Of a stretch of DNA of 63,863 nt, positions 1 through 11,710 are shown one piece after another. The DNA is from Schmidtea nova (taxonomy: Eukaryota). Numbering within the stretch: position 1 is the stretch's first letter; each line of letters starts with the position of its first letter. The notes below the pieces were generated by a model, which saw only the letters and a program-made list of their open reading frames with translations, made no database searches and was not told the origin of the DNA. Made by a program: the position numbers and the translations under genes. The stretch covers positions 408,084,138 to 408,148,000 of the forward strand of contig CM097883.1 in NCBI GenBank assembly GCA_044892505.1, given 5' to 3'.

Positions 1-79
1 TTTTTTATTATTGTTTAGTCGATGCAAATTTATTTCAAAATTATTTTTTTATTATTTCGTTATTTCAATCATGTATTTT

Positions 80-285
80 NNNNNNNNNNNNNNNNNNNNN
101 NNNNNNNNNNNNNNNNNNNNNNNNNNNNNNNNNNNNNNNNNNNNNNNNNNNNNNNNNNNNNNNNNNNNNNNNNNNNNNNNNNNNNNNNNNNNNNNNNNNN
201 NNNNNNNNNNNNNNNNNNNNNNNNNNNNNNNNNNNNNNNNNNNNNNNNNNNNNNNNNNNNNNNNNNNNNNNNNNNNNNNNNNNNN
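80..285. other. Assembly gap (N run)
   Basis: Run of N from 80 to 285. Confidence 0.99.
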
Positions 286-766
286 ACGTTCTTCAATTAT
301 TTTAGCCAATTCTTGGGGAAATGCTTTAGCTGCATCCTCATCTGCAGATGCAATTTCACCCCTACTTTTTATATTATGAAGCGAGTGCTTTTGCATATAA
401 CCTGTCATCCAACCTGTACTTGCAGAAAATTCAAATTTTTTATCTTTCTGGCCTGATGTTTGTGGTTCCATTTCTTTCATCTGCTTTATGCCATTCCCGT
501 CAACAGGTATCCGTTTTTGTGAGCAATCCTCCATCCATATTACAAGAGCCTTCTCCATTTTCTCTTTTACAGTGTCTCTTGTGAATGAAGTTGTATGAGC
601 GCTCATATTTGTTGATTTGTTTTTTTATAGTTCTTATGGTTGATTCTTTTAAATTAAAATATTTCCCTACAGAAGTGGCACCTTCTCCAGTGGCTAGTCT
701 ATCCAAAATTTTGATTTTAATTTCCAAAGAAACAGCTTTTCTATTCGTTTGTTTTTTAGCTGACAT
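286..766 (-). mobile_element. Tigger/pogo-family (Tc1/mariner superfamily) transposase N-terminus, frameshifted, running into the gap
   Basis: The 766-500 frame begins MSAKKQTNRKAVSLEIKIKILDRLATGEGATSVGKYFNLKESTIRTIKK (CENP-B N-terminal HTH). The 606 frame continues EKMEKALVIWMEDCSQKRIPVDG...FSASTGWMTGYMQKHSLHNIKSRGEIASADEDAAKAFPQELAKIIEE (HTH_Tnp_Tc5-like). A degenerate terminal-repeat candidate lies at about 905-950. Confidence 0.88.
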
Positions 767-2199
767 TATTAATTGTAATGAGCTTCCTATAAAAAAGATT
801 TATTTGCATGTAATAAATGAATGGACTTAAAATTATAAATTACCTTTAACTTTAATTGAATTTATATTTGAATTTTTTTGCTAAAATGAAATTTTTTGCA
901 TCACGTTAAATCAAATCAAATCGCGTAAAAACAGAATTAGGTGCACAGTATATAAATCGGTTTATTGAGCACAACGAGAAAGAGTAGTTAATACGGTCAT
1001 TAGGACGAACGATCTCGATATATAATGAGGGAATACTGAATCTTGTAAATGAAGACAGCTCAAAAAAGCACGAAATTAAATTTCATAAAGAAACTGATGA
1101 TAAAAATCCGATAAATTATACAATTATTGTGATCGAAATGAATTTATTGAACTATCACTATTTTAAATCACATCACATTATCTGTGATTTTATTGCTATT
1201 TGCTCACCATTTTGGTTTTTATGATAATGATACCGAACAGTGTTTGTCTGAACACCAAAAGTTAGTAAAGATTCTACACCAGCAGTAATTAAGGGTCACA
1301 AAGACATTTATTACAGACAGTTAGCGAGTAATAACTATTTATTATTATTTTTAAATAATATTTAAAGCTATTTTATTATTTTTTAATTTAATTACATATT
1401 TAATTTAATGTTTTAAGTTAAATATCTATTTATTTTATAAATATATTTTTTAGATATTTATGAAATACTGAAAAAGGTAAGTCATTATAATTTTTATTCG
1501 GCAATTAAATTACATGTGCTTATTTACATGTCCCCGAAAATTTCCTCTTTGAATAAAGACTTTAGGAAGAACCTTTTTACATGACCATAATAATTTTTCA
1601 AATGAAAATATGATCCTTTTTCTTATCCTTCCCCCAGAAACCTTTCGACTGATCCCATTCGAATTTTTAATTAATGGTATTCCATCCTTTTGATGAGTAT
1701 TCGCTTGTTTTGGTTCGTGGACACATGGTTATTGCTGGTAAAGAGAATGTATGTCGCACGCACCCTCAGCATAAAAAACTCTTCTTTACTCGCACACCCA
1801 TGGCAACTCCCCCTGACCGCCATGTTGGAACTGTGTACGACGGTGACAGATAAGAGAACAGGTGAGCTCCTTTGCAAGAACTACTCTTCACTTACCCCTC
1901 CACTTCGGGTTCCTGCTGACGTTAGAAAGACTTACGCTCTGTCATTAATCATAAGGTTTCCTTTTAACACTCGTGTAGTCAATTTTATAAATAGGACTTT
2001 ACTAACTTAGCTGACTTTCTTAGTAAATCCTAAAAAGGCAATCGCTATCCGAACCTAGAATACCTTCACTGGCTTATAATAATACTTTATTTCGCCAAAC
2101 TTTCACTTTCTATTACCAAGGTGGGCTTAACTAGATTAAATTACTTTACTGTTATTGATTATGAAGAAAAAAACTGAAAAATCCAATACATGTATTTCA

Positions 2200-2647
2200 T
2201 TCAAACATAATAAAATCACCGGAAATCGGAATAATTTCTGACAGCAAGTCCAGCTCGGATAGCTCGTCTAGGTAGTCAACTTGCTGTTGCAGCTGTTGCG
2301 CAAACAATTTCTTCTGGCGCCTCCGTTTGGAGCCAATTCGCTTCCGCTGGACGGCTTCGAGACTGGTTCCTTCGGCGTGTCTGGATTGGTAATAAGTGTT
2401 ATTTCCAGGCCTTTAATGTCGGTACCAACCGAGCACGCTGGTCTCTGCTCTCCTGCCCAATGTTGGTAGGTGAGGTGCCTGATTTGCGCTTTCAACTCTG
2501 TTTCAATGAAAGATTTTATTTCGGAATGGAGACATTTCCGTAACTTTGATTTCAGCTTTGATTTTCTTTGCCACTCGTTGGGCGCGTTCAGTGCGAGTGA
2601 TTTGGTCCTTCATGCGTGTAGGAGCAAACCAGCTCTCCCCCTTCATT
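2200..2647 (-). pseudogene. Decayed GC-richer ORF, possibly a distant member of the orphan ORF family (copy D)
   Basis: Frameshifted reading ...KPSSGS../SKRRRQKKLFAQQLQQQ... loosely parallels KPNKGVRARRRRRQEARLLG in the 5787-6341 ORF. No conserved downstream element was found. Confidence 0.3.
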
Positions 2648-3539
2648 GAATATTCACCGGAAAAATCATTGCCAACAATATCTAACGATGTGTAGGGATT
2701 CCCTGAGGCGGTATTTAATCATAGATAGAAACTCCGGCTGATAATACACCATGCATACTCTAGCTCACTGGATTTCCAAGAAATGCCCTAAAACTTTGAA
2801 TTGAACTCCCCAGTGTTCTCTTTACTAATAATTTACTAAATAAAAAAAACTTTCTACGGGGTTTAGAAAGGGGCTATATGGCGGCAAGCATTTTATACCG
2901 TTTCACCCCGTTTCATTACTTATATTAGTAAATTTTTGTCATGTTCTCTATCTATGAAATTTGAGTTAAAAATTAAAAAATCAAATTTATTTTACGTTTT
3001 TCGACGTTTCCCTTCTACAGATCCTGCTGGTTGAGGCATAATAACTTCATTTCCTGCATTTCTAAAAATATTTTTTATTTTTTTAATATAATTGTAAATT
3101 TCCATTTCTCTTGATCTTTACAAATAAATGGCATGGTTGATTCTGGCGAAGCTTCTGAAATGTCTTCGAAAATCATTTATTTTTTAATTTTAAAATCCCT
3201 TAATTAAAGATTGTTACTTAATTTATGTCCACGTGTTTGTATTTTTATTATAGGGTTTTTCTGTGTTGTATAAGTGTGTTTTTGACCTAATTTATTTTTC
3301 TTTTCTTTAGTAAAGACCCGTAATTTATGCCCTTTGGTGTATTAGAATGAACGGAAAATCTGTTAAATTTTGAATTGGGGTAAACATAATTTTATAAATC
3401 GAAATATTTTAATAAATAAACGTTGCGGAAATTTAAAAAAATTATACTATATAGTAGAAACATGTAGACTCGTTGCCTCTCCATCTGCATGGGTTCTGCA
3501 GGGGTTCCCGAAACTAAGGGGCCGATAAATATGAAGTTT

Positions 3540-3735
3540 TGGGTTGTTGATCGTCAATATGACCTTGACGTTGCTATGTCTCACATCAACAACTCATCAT
3601 ACAAAACATTAGCTAACCCGTCACAATGTAACGTTGATAATGCAACAAATGGGAGGGTATTCGCAATCAGTGAGCGTTGATAATTCGAAACTATGATTGA
3701 CCTAATATCTCCTGGGTCCAAGGGCTACCGATTTT
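3540..3735 (-). repeat. Conserved ~200-nt stem-loop-rich element, copy A (downstream of orphan ORF copy A)
   Basis: Aligns by eye with 5345-5550 (direct) and 45214-45410 (inverted). Stem GTTGTTGAT (3543-3551) / ATCAACAAC (3585-3593) encloses a CGTCAA/TTGACG hairpin. Confidence 0.9.
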
Positions 3736-4006
3736 GTCCGATTTTGTCCCTAAATGTCTCAACATTAACCCTACAAGCTGCTGTTGAAGCTCTAGACGAC
3801 GACTACAAGAAGGAAAAATCATGTCACCGTAATTTAATTCACGATCTATAACGAGGTATTAACAGACAGTTTAACTGCAAATATCGGAGCAAAAAGGTCT
3901 TTGTCGCATGTTAAAGTTGAATTAACTCGTTAAAATGTAATACATAAAAATTACTTAGAAATACAAATTACAATATATATATATATATATACAAATGTTA
4001 ATATAG

Positions 4007-4548
4007 TTAATCAGTGATGGAAAGTTCGATTGTTTCGACAGATACCTTGCGGAGCTGCCCCAGGAGTCGAGCCTCCTGACGTCGCTTCCGACGGGCAGGA
4101 ACTCCTTTACTGGGATGCCATTTCTTTGGACGATCGGTAGAAGGCGCGCCATCCGTTTGTCGAGATGGTACCACCCCATTTGTCCGAACGGGGAACAATT
4201 CCATTGTAAGGAACTCTGCTTTCGGTAGAACCGCTGCAACGATGCCGGCGTCGATCTTCAGCTGTGTAACTTCGGCATCCCGCTGCCTCAATGGCGTCTT
4301 CACGGCCTGCAGTTGGAGCGCGTCCTCAGCCGGATCTGTTTCCGCATCTTCTCGGTGCCTTCCACGTTCGCCCAGGTGGATTCCACCTTACGGCACCGAT
4401 AACGGAATTTCTCCATTTATTCCATTGTCCCTCGGAGCTCGGCGTACATTAGCTTCTTCTCTTCTTCCATCTCGAACACGCGGCCTGTCAAATGACGCAT
4501 GCTTCGATGAACTCCCGTCAACTGCCCCAGTACCTGGTCAATTTTCAT
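4007..4548 (-). pseudogene. Orphan coiled-coil/Arg-rich ORF family, copy A (one stop, one frameshift)
   Basis: Reads MKIDQVLGQLTGVHRSMRHLTGRVFEMEEEKKLMYAELRGTME*MEKFRYRCRKVESTWANVEGTEKMRKQIR / AEDALQLQAVKTPLRQRDAEVTQLKIDAGIVAAVLPK...WHPSKGVPARRKRRQEARLLGQ. It is colinear with 5787-6341. Confidence 0.85.
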
Positions 4549-5344
4549 TTACAATCTTAAATATATACATGTTCATTTTAATGATAATTAAATCCTAAAA
4601 CCCTCAAACATTCATATAAGTAAATACAAATCATTCACTCGAATTTACCACTCAATTCGGCAATCAATCATTCCGCTAAAAAACATATTTTCGGGGGTAT
4701 TCGACAACCATTAACTTCATCCAAATGATTAATGTTTTCTTTTTTTCGAAATTATTGTTCTTATTAATTAGAAACTCAAGCTAACTATAATTATCCAACC
4801 CTATTGTCTATTTTGCTATATTAATAGGTTTTAATGATTTTCTAGGAATTTTATATTTTAATTTTTTGAAATTTTGCAGCGTCCCTAGCAACAGGTAACG
4901 ATCCAAAATTTTCTCTAAATTCAGTCTGATTTATTAATATTTTGTCATGAATTTGACGTGCTTTATTGTTATTTTTGGATATAGAATTATATTTCAATTT
5001 GGGAAATAAAATTTCATTTGTCCTGTCGTGGGAATTACCTACGTTCCCTCGATGCAAGAATTTACTATATAAATGAGAATGTAAATTTAAAGAACTCTGA
5101 TATATTATGGGAATTTAAATCCTATTATACGTTTATCGATTTCTGAATCCAAATATAGAAAAAGAATTTCCCCTTATTCTAACTGCATCTATCAGTAAGT
5201 TAATTTAATTTTTCCCTTTTAAGTGTTTCATTTATGGTTTAGACCCAGCTCCAACTCCAGCTGTCTTTCGAATTTCTATTAAACTCAGCTATATATAAAT
5301 TGTCATATATTTTATCATTACTATCTAATTTTTTTATCACTGGT

Positions 5345-5550
5345 GGGTTGTTGATCGTCAATATGACCTTGACGTTACTATGGCTCGCATCAACAACTCA
5401 ACACATAAAACATTGAAATAACCATCTTGTTACCCGTCACTATGTAACGTTGGTACTGTAACAAGTGGGTGGGTATTCGCAATCAGTGAGCGTCGTCAAT
5501 ACGAAACTATGATTGACCGAATATCTCCTGGGTCCAAGGGCTACCGATAG
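5345..5550 (-). repeat. Conserved ~200-nt stem-loop-rich element, copy B
   Basis: Stem 5347-5355 / 5389-5397 with inner hairpin 5356-5361 / 5369-5374. A second stem CTTGTTAC/GTAACAAG encloses CGTTAC-ATA-GTGACG (read on the minus strand). Confidence 0.9.
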
Positions 5551-5786
5551 AAGGTTTCTCGCCCCTTTTTGTCCCTCCTATGCATTATTTACTTCAGAAA
5601 ACTTCATATACTTCATTTACTATTGAACCTCAGTTGCTTTTAATCAATTTATTCTATACATTGCTTTATTTCATTCAATCATTCAACCCAAAAAAAATAA
5701 AAACAAGAGAACACTTTAATTAAAAAAAACAACACAAACTACAAAAAACAAATAAATACACGATGGGATATTAGTTGTCTATTAAA

Positions 5787-6341
5787 TCACAAAGCAGTAA
5801 TGTCTATTATGTCTACAGATTCTTTGCGGACTCGTCCCAGCAGTCTCGCTTCCTGCCGACGTCTTCGGCGAGCCCTCACCCCTTTATTGGGCTTCTGCCT
5901 GGCCGTCTTGGCGGGAGCAGGAGGTGCCAATATCTGTTCCTCGACCCTCACTGGGAACAACTCTTGAGACAGACAGGGTGGTTTTGGCTGGACGGCGGCA
6001 ATGATACCACTGTCCAATCTTAGCCGTTCATTTTGTGTTTCCAAGTCCCTGATTGTGACTCGGCACGCCCGCAATTTCATTGCGTCGTCCGCAGCCTGCT
6101 GCAACAACATCTGGATTTGCTTGTGGAGTTTGTCGACGGTCTCTTTGTTCGACCACGTCGACTCCATCTCCCGGCATCGCGCTCTGAACTTCTCCATCCG
6201 AGACGTCATGATCTGTAATGCATCCGTATTTGAAGTTTTCGCCCTCTCCATCTCGGCGAAACACTGGTCTACCCGGCGATTATGGCGGGCATTTTCCACA
6301 ATCAGCTTGTGTATTTCTTCGAATTTCTGTTCAATATTCAT
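5787..6341 (-). CDS. Orphan 184-aa coiled-coil protein with Arg-rich C-terminal segment (family copy B, intact)
   Basis: Uninterrupted, GC-richer ORF. Amino-acid motifs MEKFR..C..MESTW.N.E, SGIIAAV.PK, ELFP.R and RARRRRRQEARLLG are shared with two diverged paralogues in the window. No known family recognised. Confidence 0.65.
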   Translation of the reverse strand: MNIEQKFEEIHKLIVENARHNRRVDQCFAEMERAKTSNTDALQIMTSRMEKFRARCREMESTWSNKETVDKLHKQIQMLLQQAADDAMKLRACRVTIRDLETQNERLRLDSGIIAAVQPKPPCLSQELFPVRVEEQILAPPAPAKTARQKPNKGVRARRRRRQEARLLGRVRKESVDIIDITAL

Positions 6342-9300
6342 CTAAAAATTATACAAGAATAACCCATTCCCGTCGTCACTCAACATTCAATTTTAAATAT
6401 TCATTTTAAATCAATAAAAATAAAATCATTTTGATCTAAGAACATTTATCAATTTTTTATAACCAACACAAAATTATCTCAATTCACGCATTCATTAATG
6501 TTTACCCTCAAATATACCATCGCCAACTCAATTCGGGGATCAATTCTTCCTATAAAAGACATATATTCGGGGACTTCCAATCGCTGTGAAAATTATCAAA
6601 TTGACTATTATATTCAAAGTTGTATAAATTTTTGTGTTTTTCATATTTAAAATTTGGAGAAACTTGATTTATATATTAATCCTATTGTCTATCTTGCTTT
6701 ATAAGTTTAATTATATTTTTATTAAGATTTTATGAGTTTAACATTTGAATTCTCGCCGAGGCATTGGCAACGGTATCAATATAAACTGCCTAAATATCAA
6801 GTAAATTTTATTTTATTAATATCTTTTAATTCCGAATATTTCCCTTATTTTCTAATTCTAAATTTAATTTTATTTTAGGAAGTTCTACTCAAATCAGGAT
6901 ATCCCAAAAAACGACGCCGTTCCCCCGCAAAAAGGAAAAACTATATAAACGCCAAGTAAAAATTCCAGGATTTTAATTGGTTAGTTATATTATATCATTT
7001 TCAATTTCACTATTACAAATATTGATTTCAGCGATGCTAATTTTAGAAGGAGATTCCTCCCAATTTTGATTTTTCAATTTAGTAAGTTATATTCAAATTT
7101 TGTGTTTGCAATTATCATTTTCACCTTTTAGTGTCTCAAATCTCCTGAGGTGGATGGTTGCTTCTACCCAGAACCGTAGCAAGCGGTAACATAAGTCGCT
7201 GCTCCTCCATGACAGAAGAGAAAAGAAGGAAAAAGAAATTTTCAATTTTTAACGATTACCGAATTAAAGTAATTTTAATATTGATTCATTTTATTTATTG
7301 ACATAATCCTGATCTTTCAGCCCAACTTATTATGAAAATTTTCCCATATCTGCTGGATTTCAATTGGAGATTTTCCATGATGTTTCTCGTTTGGATTTTA
7401 ATCTACCCTTGCTGATGGATTTTTATGCTTTTCTTCGCATCCCTGACAAATTCCAGCTCAATTTCATTCACTCAATACGGAATTTTTATGCCTCTGGATT
7501 TCATGATGCCTTTTATCTGACTACATTCAGGTGCTAAAAAATGTGAGTAAATTTTCGGTGTACAATTTTTCTTTCGAAATAAAAAATTGGTCTTTATTTA
7601 TTTTGATTTTTAAGATTCCATAACTTTTTTGAAGGAAAACAAAAAATTTTTTTTGGTCTTTAAGTAATGATTTTTTAACGCGTCTAAAGATGTTTTCAAC
7701 TGAAATTTAAGCACTATTGTTCGAACTTGTCCAATCCCTTATGATAATTTTTGAAAATGATTTGTTACTAATGTATCGATCCTGTTTCTTACGATTTATT
7801 TTAGGGATGGTAAATTATTATATAGAAAATTCTGTGGGTTTGTTAGAAAACTCGTTCCCCAATAAAAGGACAAAAAAAAGGTTAAAGTATTACAGTCTAC
7901 AAACAGTGTTATAGGATCTTACTGAAGGAATTTTTTGATTTCCTATGTAGATGGGTCGATTTTCCGAATGTTGATGGTTAGTTGATATAATTTGTTCGGG
8001 AGTGGATGTAGCGTTCCTAAGTTTGCATGTATGTATATGTTATTGTAAGTCTGAAATACATATCGTATTGTTATAATTTTTTGTGATTTGCGTGTGTTTG
8101 TATGTTGGGAATGATACGGTGGTAATATGCTATAAACAATGGGTGGGATTATATGAATATTTGTGGGGATCATCTGGATGTATGTCGCTAGTGGATATTG
8201 TGAGATGAAATCATGTCGTGTATGTTGGTGAGTGAATGTATTGTTTATGTATTGTCCAATATAGCAGATCCTATTGATCGAAATGTGGTAGTGTGTGTGT
8301 GTGTTGGTAACTGAATGTATTTTGTATTGTATTGAGTATAGGTGTTACTATTGAATGAAATGGATGTAAGTTTTTGCAAATAGGAATACAATATGATTTT
8401 GAGATATCGTGGGGGTTTTTAATAAAAATAATATATAATATACGTAAAATATTTTCCAAATTAAAATAATACTAATAATTTTATAATGATTTTTATAACT
8501 TTTTTAAATTTATAATTTTATGAAAATAGTAAGATTCCTAAATTTTTATACTTTATATTTTGAATTCAAATTTTTATATTTTAATATTAATCGTAAAATT
8601 TTCTGTAAAATCTCGAATTTGGAATTTTTTAAGATGATAAAATTTCTAGTATAATAATAATATTCTCGATTTATAAATTTTTTGGGTTTCATTATAAGTT
8701 CTTAGGGATTTTATAAAATAACAAAATCTTTTATATTTTTTATTATAAAAGTTTTTCAATGTAACAAAAAGTAAATTTTTATTTTTTGATCAAAACGAAA
8801 TCCACATAACAATAAAATTTTTATCCATAAATTTAGAAATCCAAATAAGCATTTAATCAAAAAAAAACTTTTATATGCTAAATAAAAAAAATAAAAATGA
8901 AATAAGTTATAAATTTTTCAACGAATATTTTTAACATCAAGTAAAGTAAATTTCGGTTTCGTCCGAACATGAATTTCCCAATCAAAGTGCGCGCGAATTT
9001 TTCGGGACACTTCACTTAGGAACTTCAGGCTCCCGAAAACAAGATTCACCAGAGAAAAATTATTTATATAATGAATGAGTTTTAATTCAGATCAATCAAT
9101 ACTTGTCCTAAATTCATTTCATTTCATGATCATTATATCCGTTTTGAGCATTATTTCATATGATTCTTTTCCAACATTAACTTCCATTTACTTCGGATAA
9201 GACGACAGTTGTTGTGAGAGTGAAGGCGACGACGAGTAAAATGATCTTGTACAATTATTTTTCCTAATGGAAAAGACATTGCTGGAGAGATTCGTCTTTA

Positions 9301-11710
9301 CGTTTACATGTGGTATTAATTTAAATGATAAATATGTCAGAAATTATAGATTCAAATAAACTACATTTATTATAAATTAAATATCATTAATATAACAACT
9401 TGCTTTTGGCCAAGCCACTGTTCCCCAGTTGGGATGAAGTGATCATGGATGGTTAGGCTATTCACCTGGACTCGGAAATATGGGCTGATCAATTTACGTT
9501 TCGAACCAGCGATCCGCTCAGGCTACTTCCACCCGATCGGCACAAGGCCAGACACAGGCTTCAGGGGGTACGGAAGAAAAAAATTTTTTTATTTATTTAT
9601 TTAATAGTTTGGACTTGAATTACTAATATTTTTTCTTTTTAATCATGAGAATTTGTAAAAAAAAAAATTTAACAAAATAAAAACAAATTCGTTAGCAAGT
9701 TATCCTATATTATTAGGATACAATTTAAGACATAAAATAAAATGAATATAATAAAATGAATTAAATAATAAATAAATAAAAATGGTGTCGATATGGGATG
9801 TCCAAAGGGCATGACTTTTTGGACTTCCCATGCCGATAACGCATATATAATGAGATAAAAAATAAAATAAAGCAAAAACCTTACGCTTAGTGTGGCTCCT
9901 GATCTTCTCAAAAAAATTTTTAATTCAAAATTCTATAGTAAAATTCTGGAACGAAACAAAACAACAAAAAAATATTCACTAATTCTGATTCTTGCCATTT
10001 TGATGGCGGTATATATACCATCGATTTTGCGTTACCTTCAGTAGTGTAATAAAACAAATTGTTCTAGAATTTTCCGTTTAATTTTCCTAAATTAATTCTA
10101 ATGATTTTCCGAAAATTAAATCCATATTTTTGTGTAATAATTTTTTATAAAACACAAATAATTTATTTTAATCCAAAATTTTTATTTTTGAATCGAAATT
10201 TGTTCGATTTAAATTAATTTACGATATTTCGATCAATATTAATTCTTTTTGTTGTTAATGTGAAATATTTTGATAAAATCACAGTTTTCGGCTAAAATTT
10301 TGTCAATTTTTCTCTGCATGAAGGTTTTATAACACAATTCCGTTTTTTATGGGTATTTTCAATGGGTTTTTCGCCTATTCCAACTTTTAAACGTTCTTCT
10401 TTTGATGGCATTTGATTTTTCTCGAGGTTTCAATGTAAGGGCTTTCAGACTCACAGCTAGCGCGTTCTCTACTGGTTGATGTGTTTTGAGTTCACTTCAC
10501 CTTTTGTTGTTTTTCACTTAATCGTTTGGATTTCTAATGGATGTTTGGGTTAAAACTGAATCTTGCGCGCTTTCTACCTATGGGGTTATCGCTTTATTAA
10601 AACAGTTTGTGGTTTTTGCCCAACAATACCTTTCTTCAAATATGACATTCTAAGGATGAAAAGAGTCAAAATTATCACACTGCATATAAAATATATCGAA
10701 AGGCAATTCATTAAACGAGCATTGCGAAGCTACAATTGCATGATGTATCAAATTTGATGCAATATTAAAAATAGCAATTTCAGTATCAAAAAACAATAAT
10801 TTTAAATTTATTTATATTTTAATTTAAAAATAACTTATTTGGCTGTTTCTTAAAATTTTTTTCTTCGTCAAAATCGCTTCAAAAATGTCTAAAACTCGAA
10901 TCTCAAATTGCTGAAATTCACCGACTGACAGTTCGTCTTCGAGTGACAAGTGAGGTTAATATTTTGGCGGTAACAGCGCCTCTAGGGGTTAAATTATGAA
11001 TTATATATATGCGTTATGAATGTATCTAATAAGTAAAACCATGAAATGATAGCTTATACTTTTTAAAGTACGTTTTTACATACAATTTCAGTGTTGAGGT
11101 CTCAAATATGTGTATTTGAAATCTTAACTGGGGGTGGCGATTCTTATATAAATAACGAAGGCAATAAGAGGTTTGCTTGAAAAATTTATTAAATAATAAT
11201 ATTTTTACCAATAAAAGTTGCACACAGATAAACGTTTTACAATTCAACACTTTAAATTCAATTTCAAAGTTCTGTTTGATTTTATATATTTTTGACCAAC
11301 TGGTCTATTTTAAATGCTCTACAGGATTTGTACATGAGAAAGCGAAATTTATTAGCAAAATTTTACACTGAATTTTATGGCAATCTGACTAAATTGTCAT
11401 TGCCTTATATACTAAAATTTATCATGCATTAAAATTTGATATTTATTTTTATGTACATTTTCAATTTAAAATTTGATATTTACAACTACTGAAAATTCCG
11501 CAATGGGAAAATTTGACATTTACAAACTGAACCAATTATTGAAAATTGAAATTATAATTATCGAAAATTCCCAAATATGATATTTATATAAAATACATTG
11601 TAAATTCCTAATAATCAATAAAATCAAGCATGCTCAGAAATAAAAATTAATAAAATAATTAAAGTCAAGCATGCTCAAAAGTAAATAATGAAATAGTCAT
11701 GTTAATCAGT

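Noticed and set aside
3489-3914. Convergent protein-coding gene overlapping the conserved element (WVVDRQYDLDV...ISPGSKGYR...)
   Set aside because: Substitutions between copies A and B are almost all non-synonymous in this frame, A and B carry stops, and copy C has 1-nt indels. Not formally excluded as an old pseudogene.
5470-5550. Hammerhead ribozyme in the conserved element (CAGUGAG...CGAAAC)
   Set aside because: The core should read CUGANGA; here it is CAGUGA in all three copies, and no proper stem III/NUH site can be formed.
5787-6341. Hepatitis-delta-antigen-like protein (similar size, coiled coil plus Arg-rich motif)
   Set aside because: Only compositional resemblance; no alignable motif, no HDV-like ribozyme, and the intron-like 5' segment points to a DNA-based unit.
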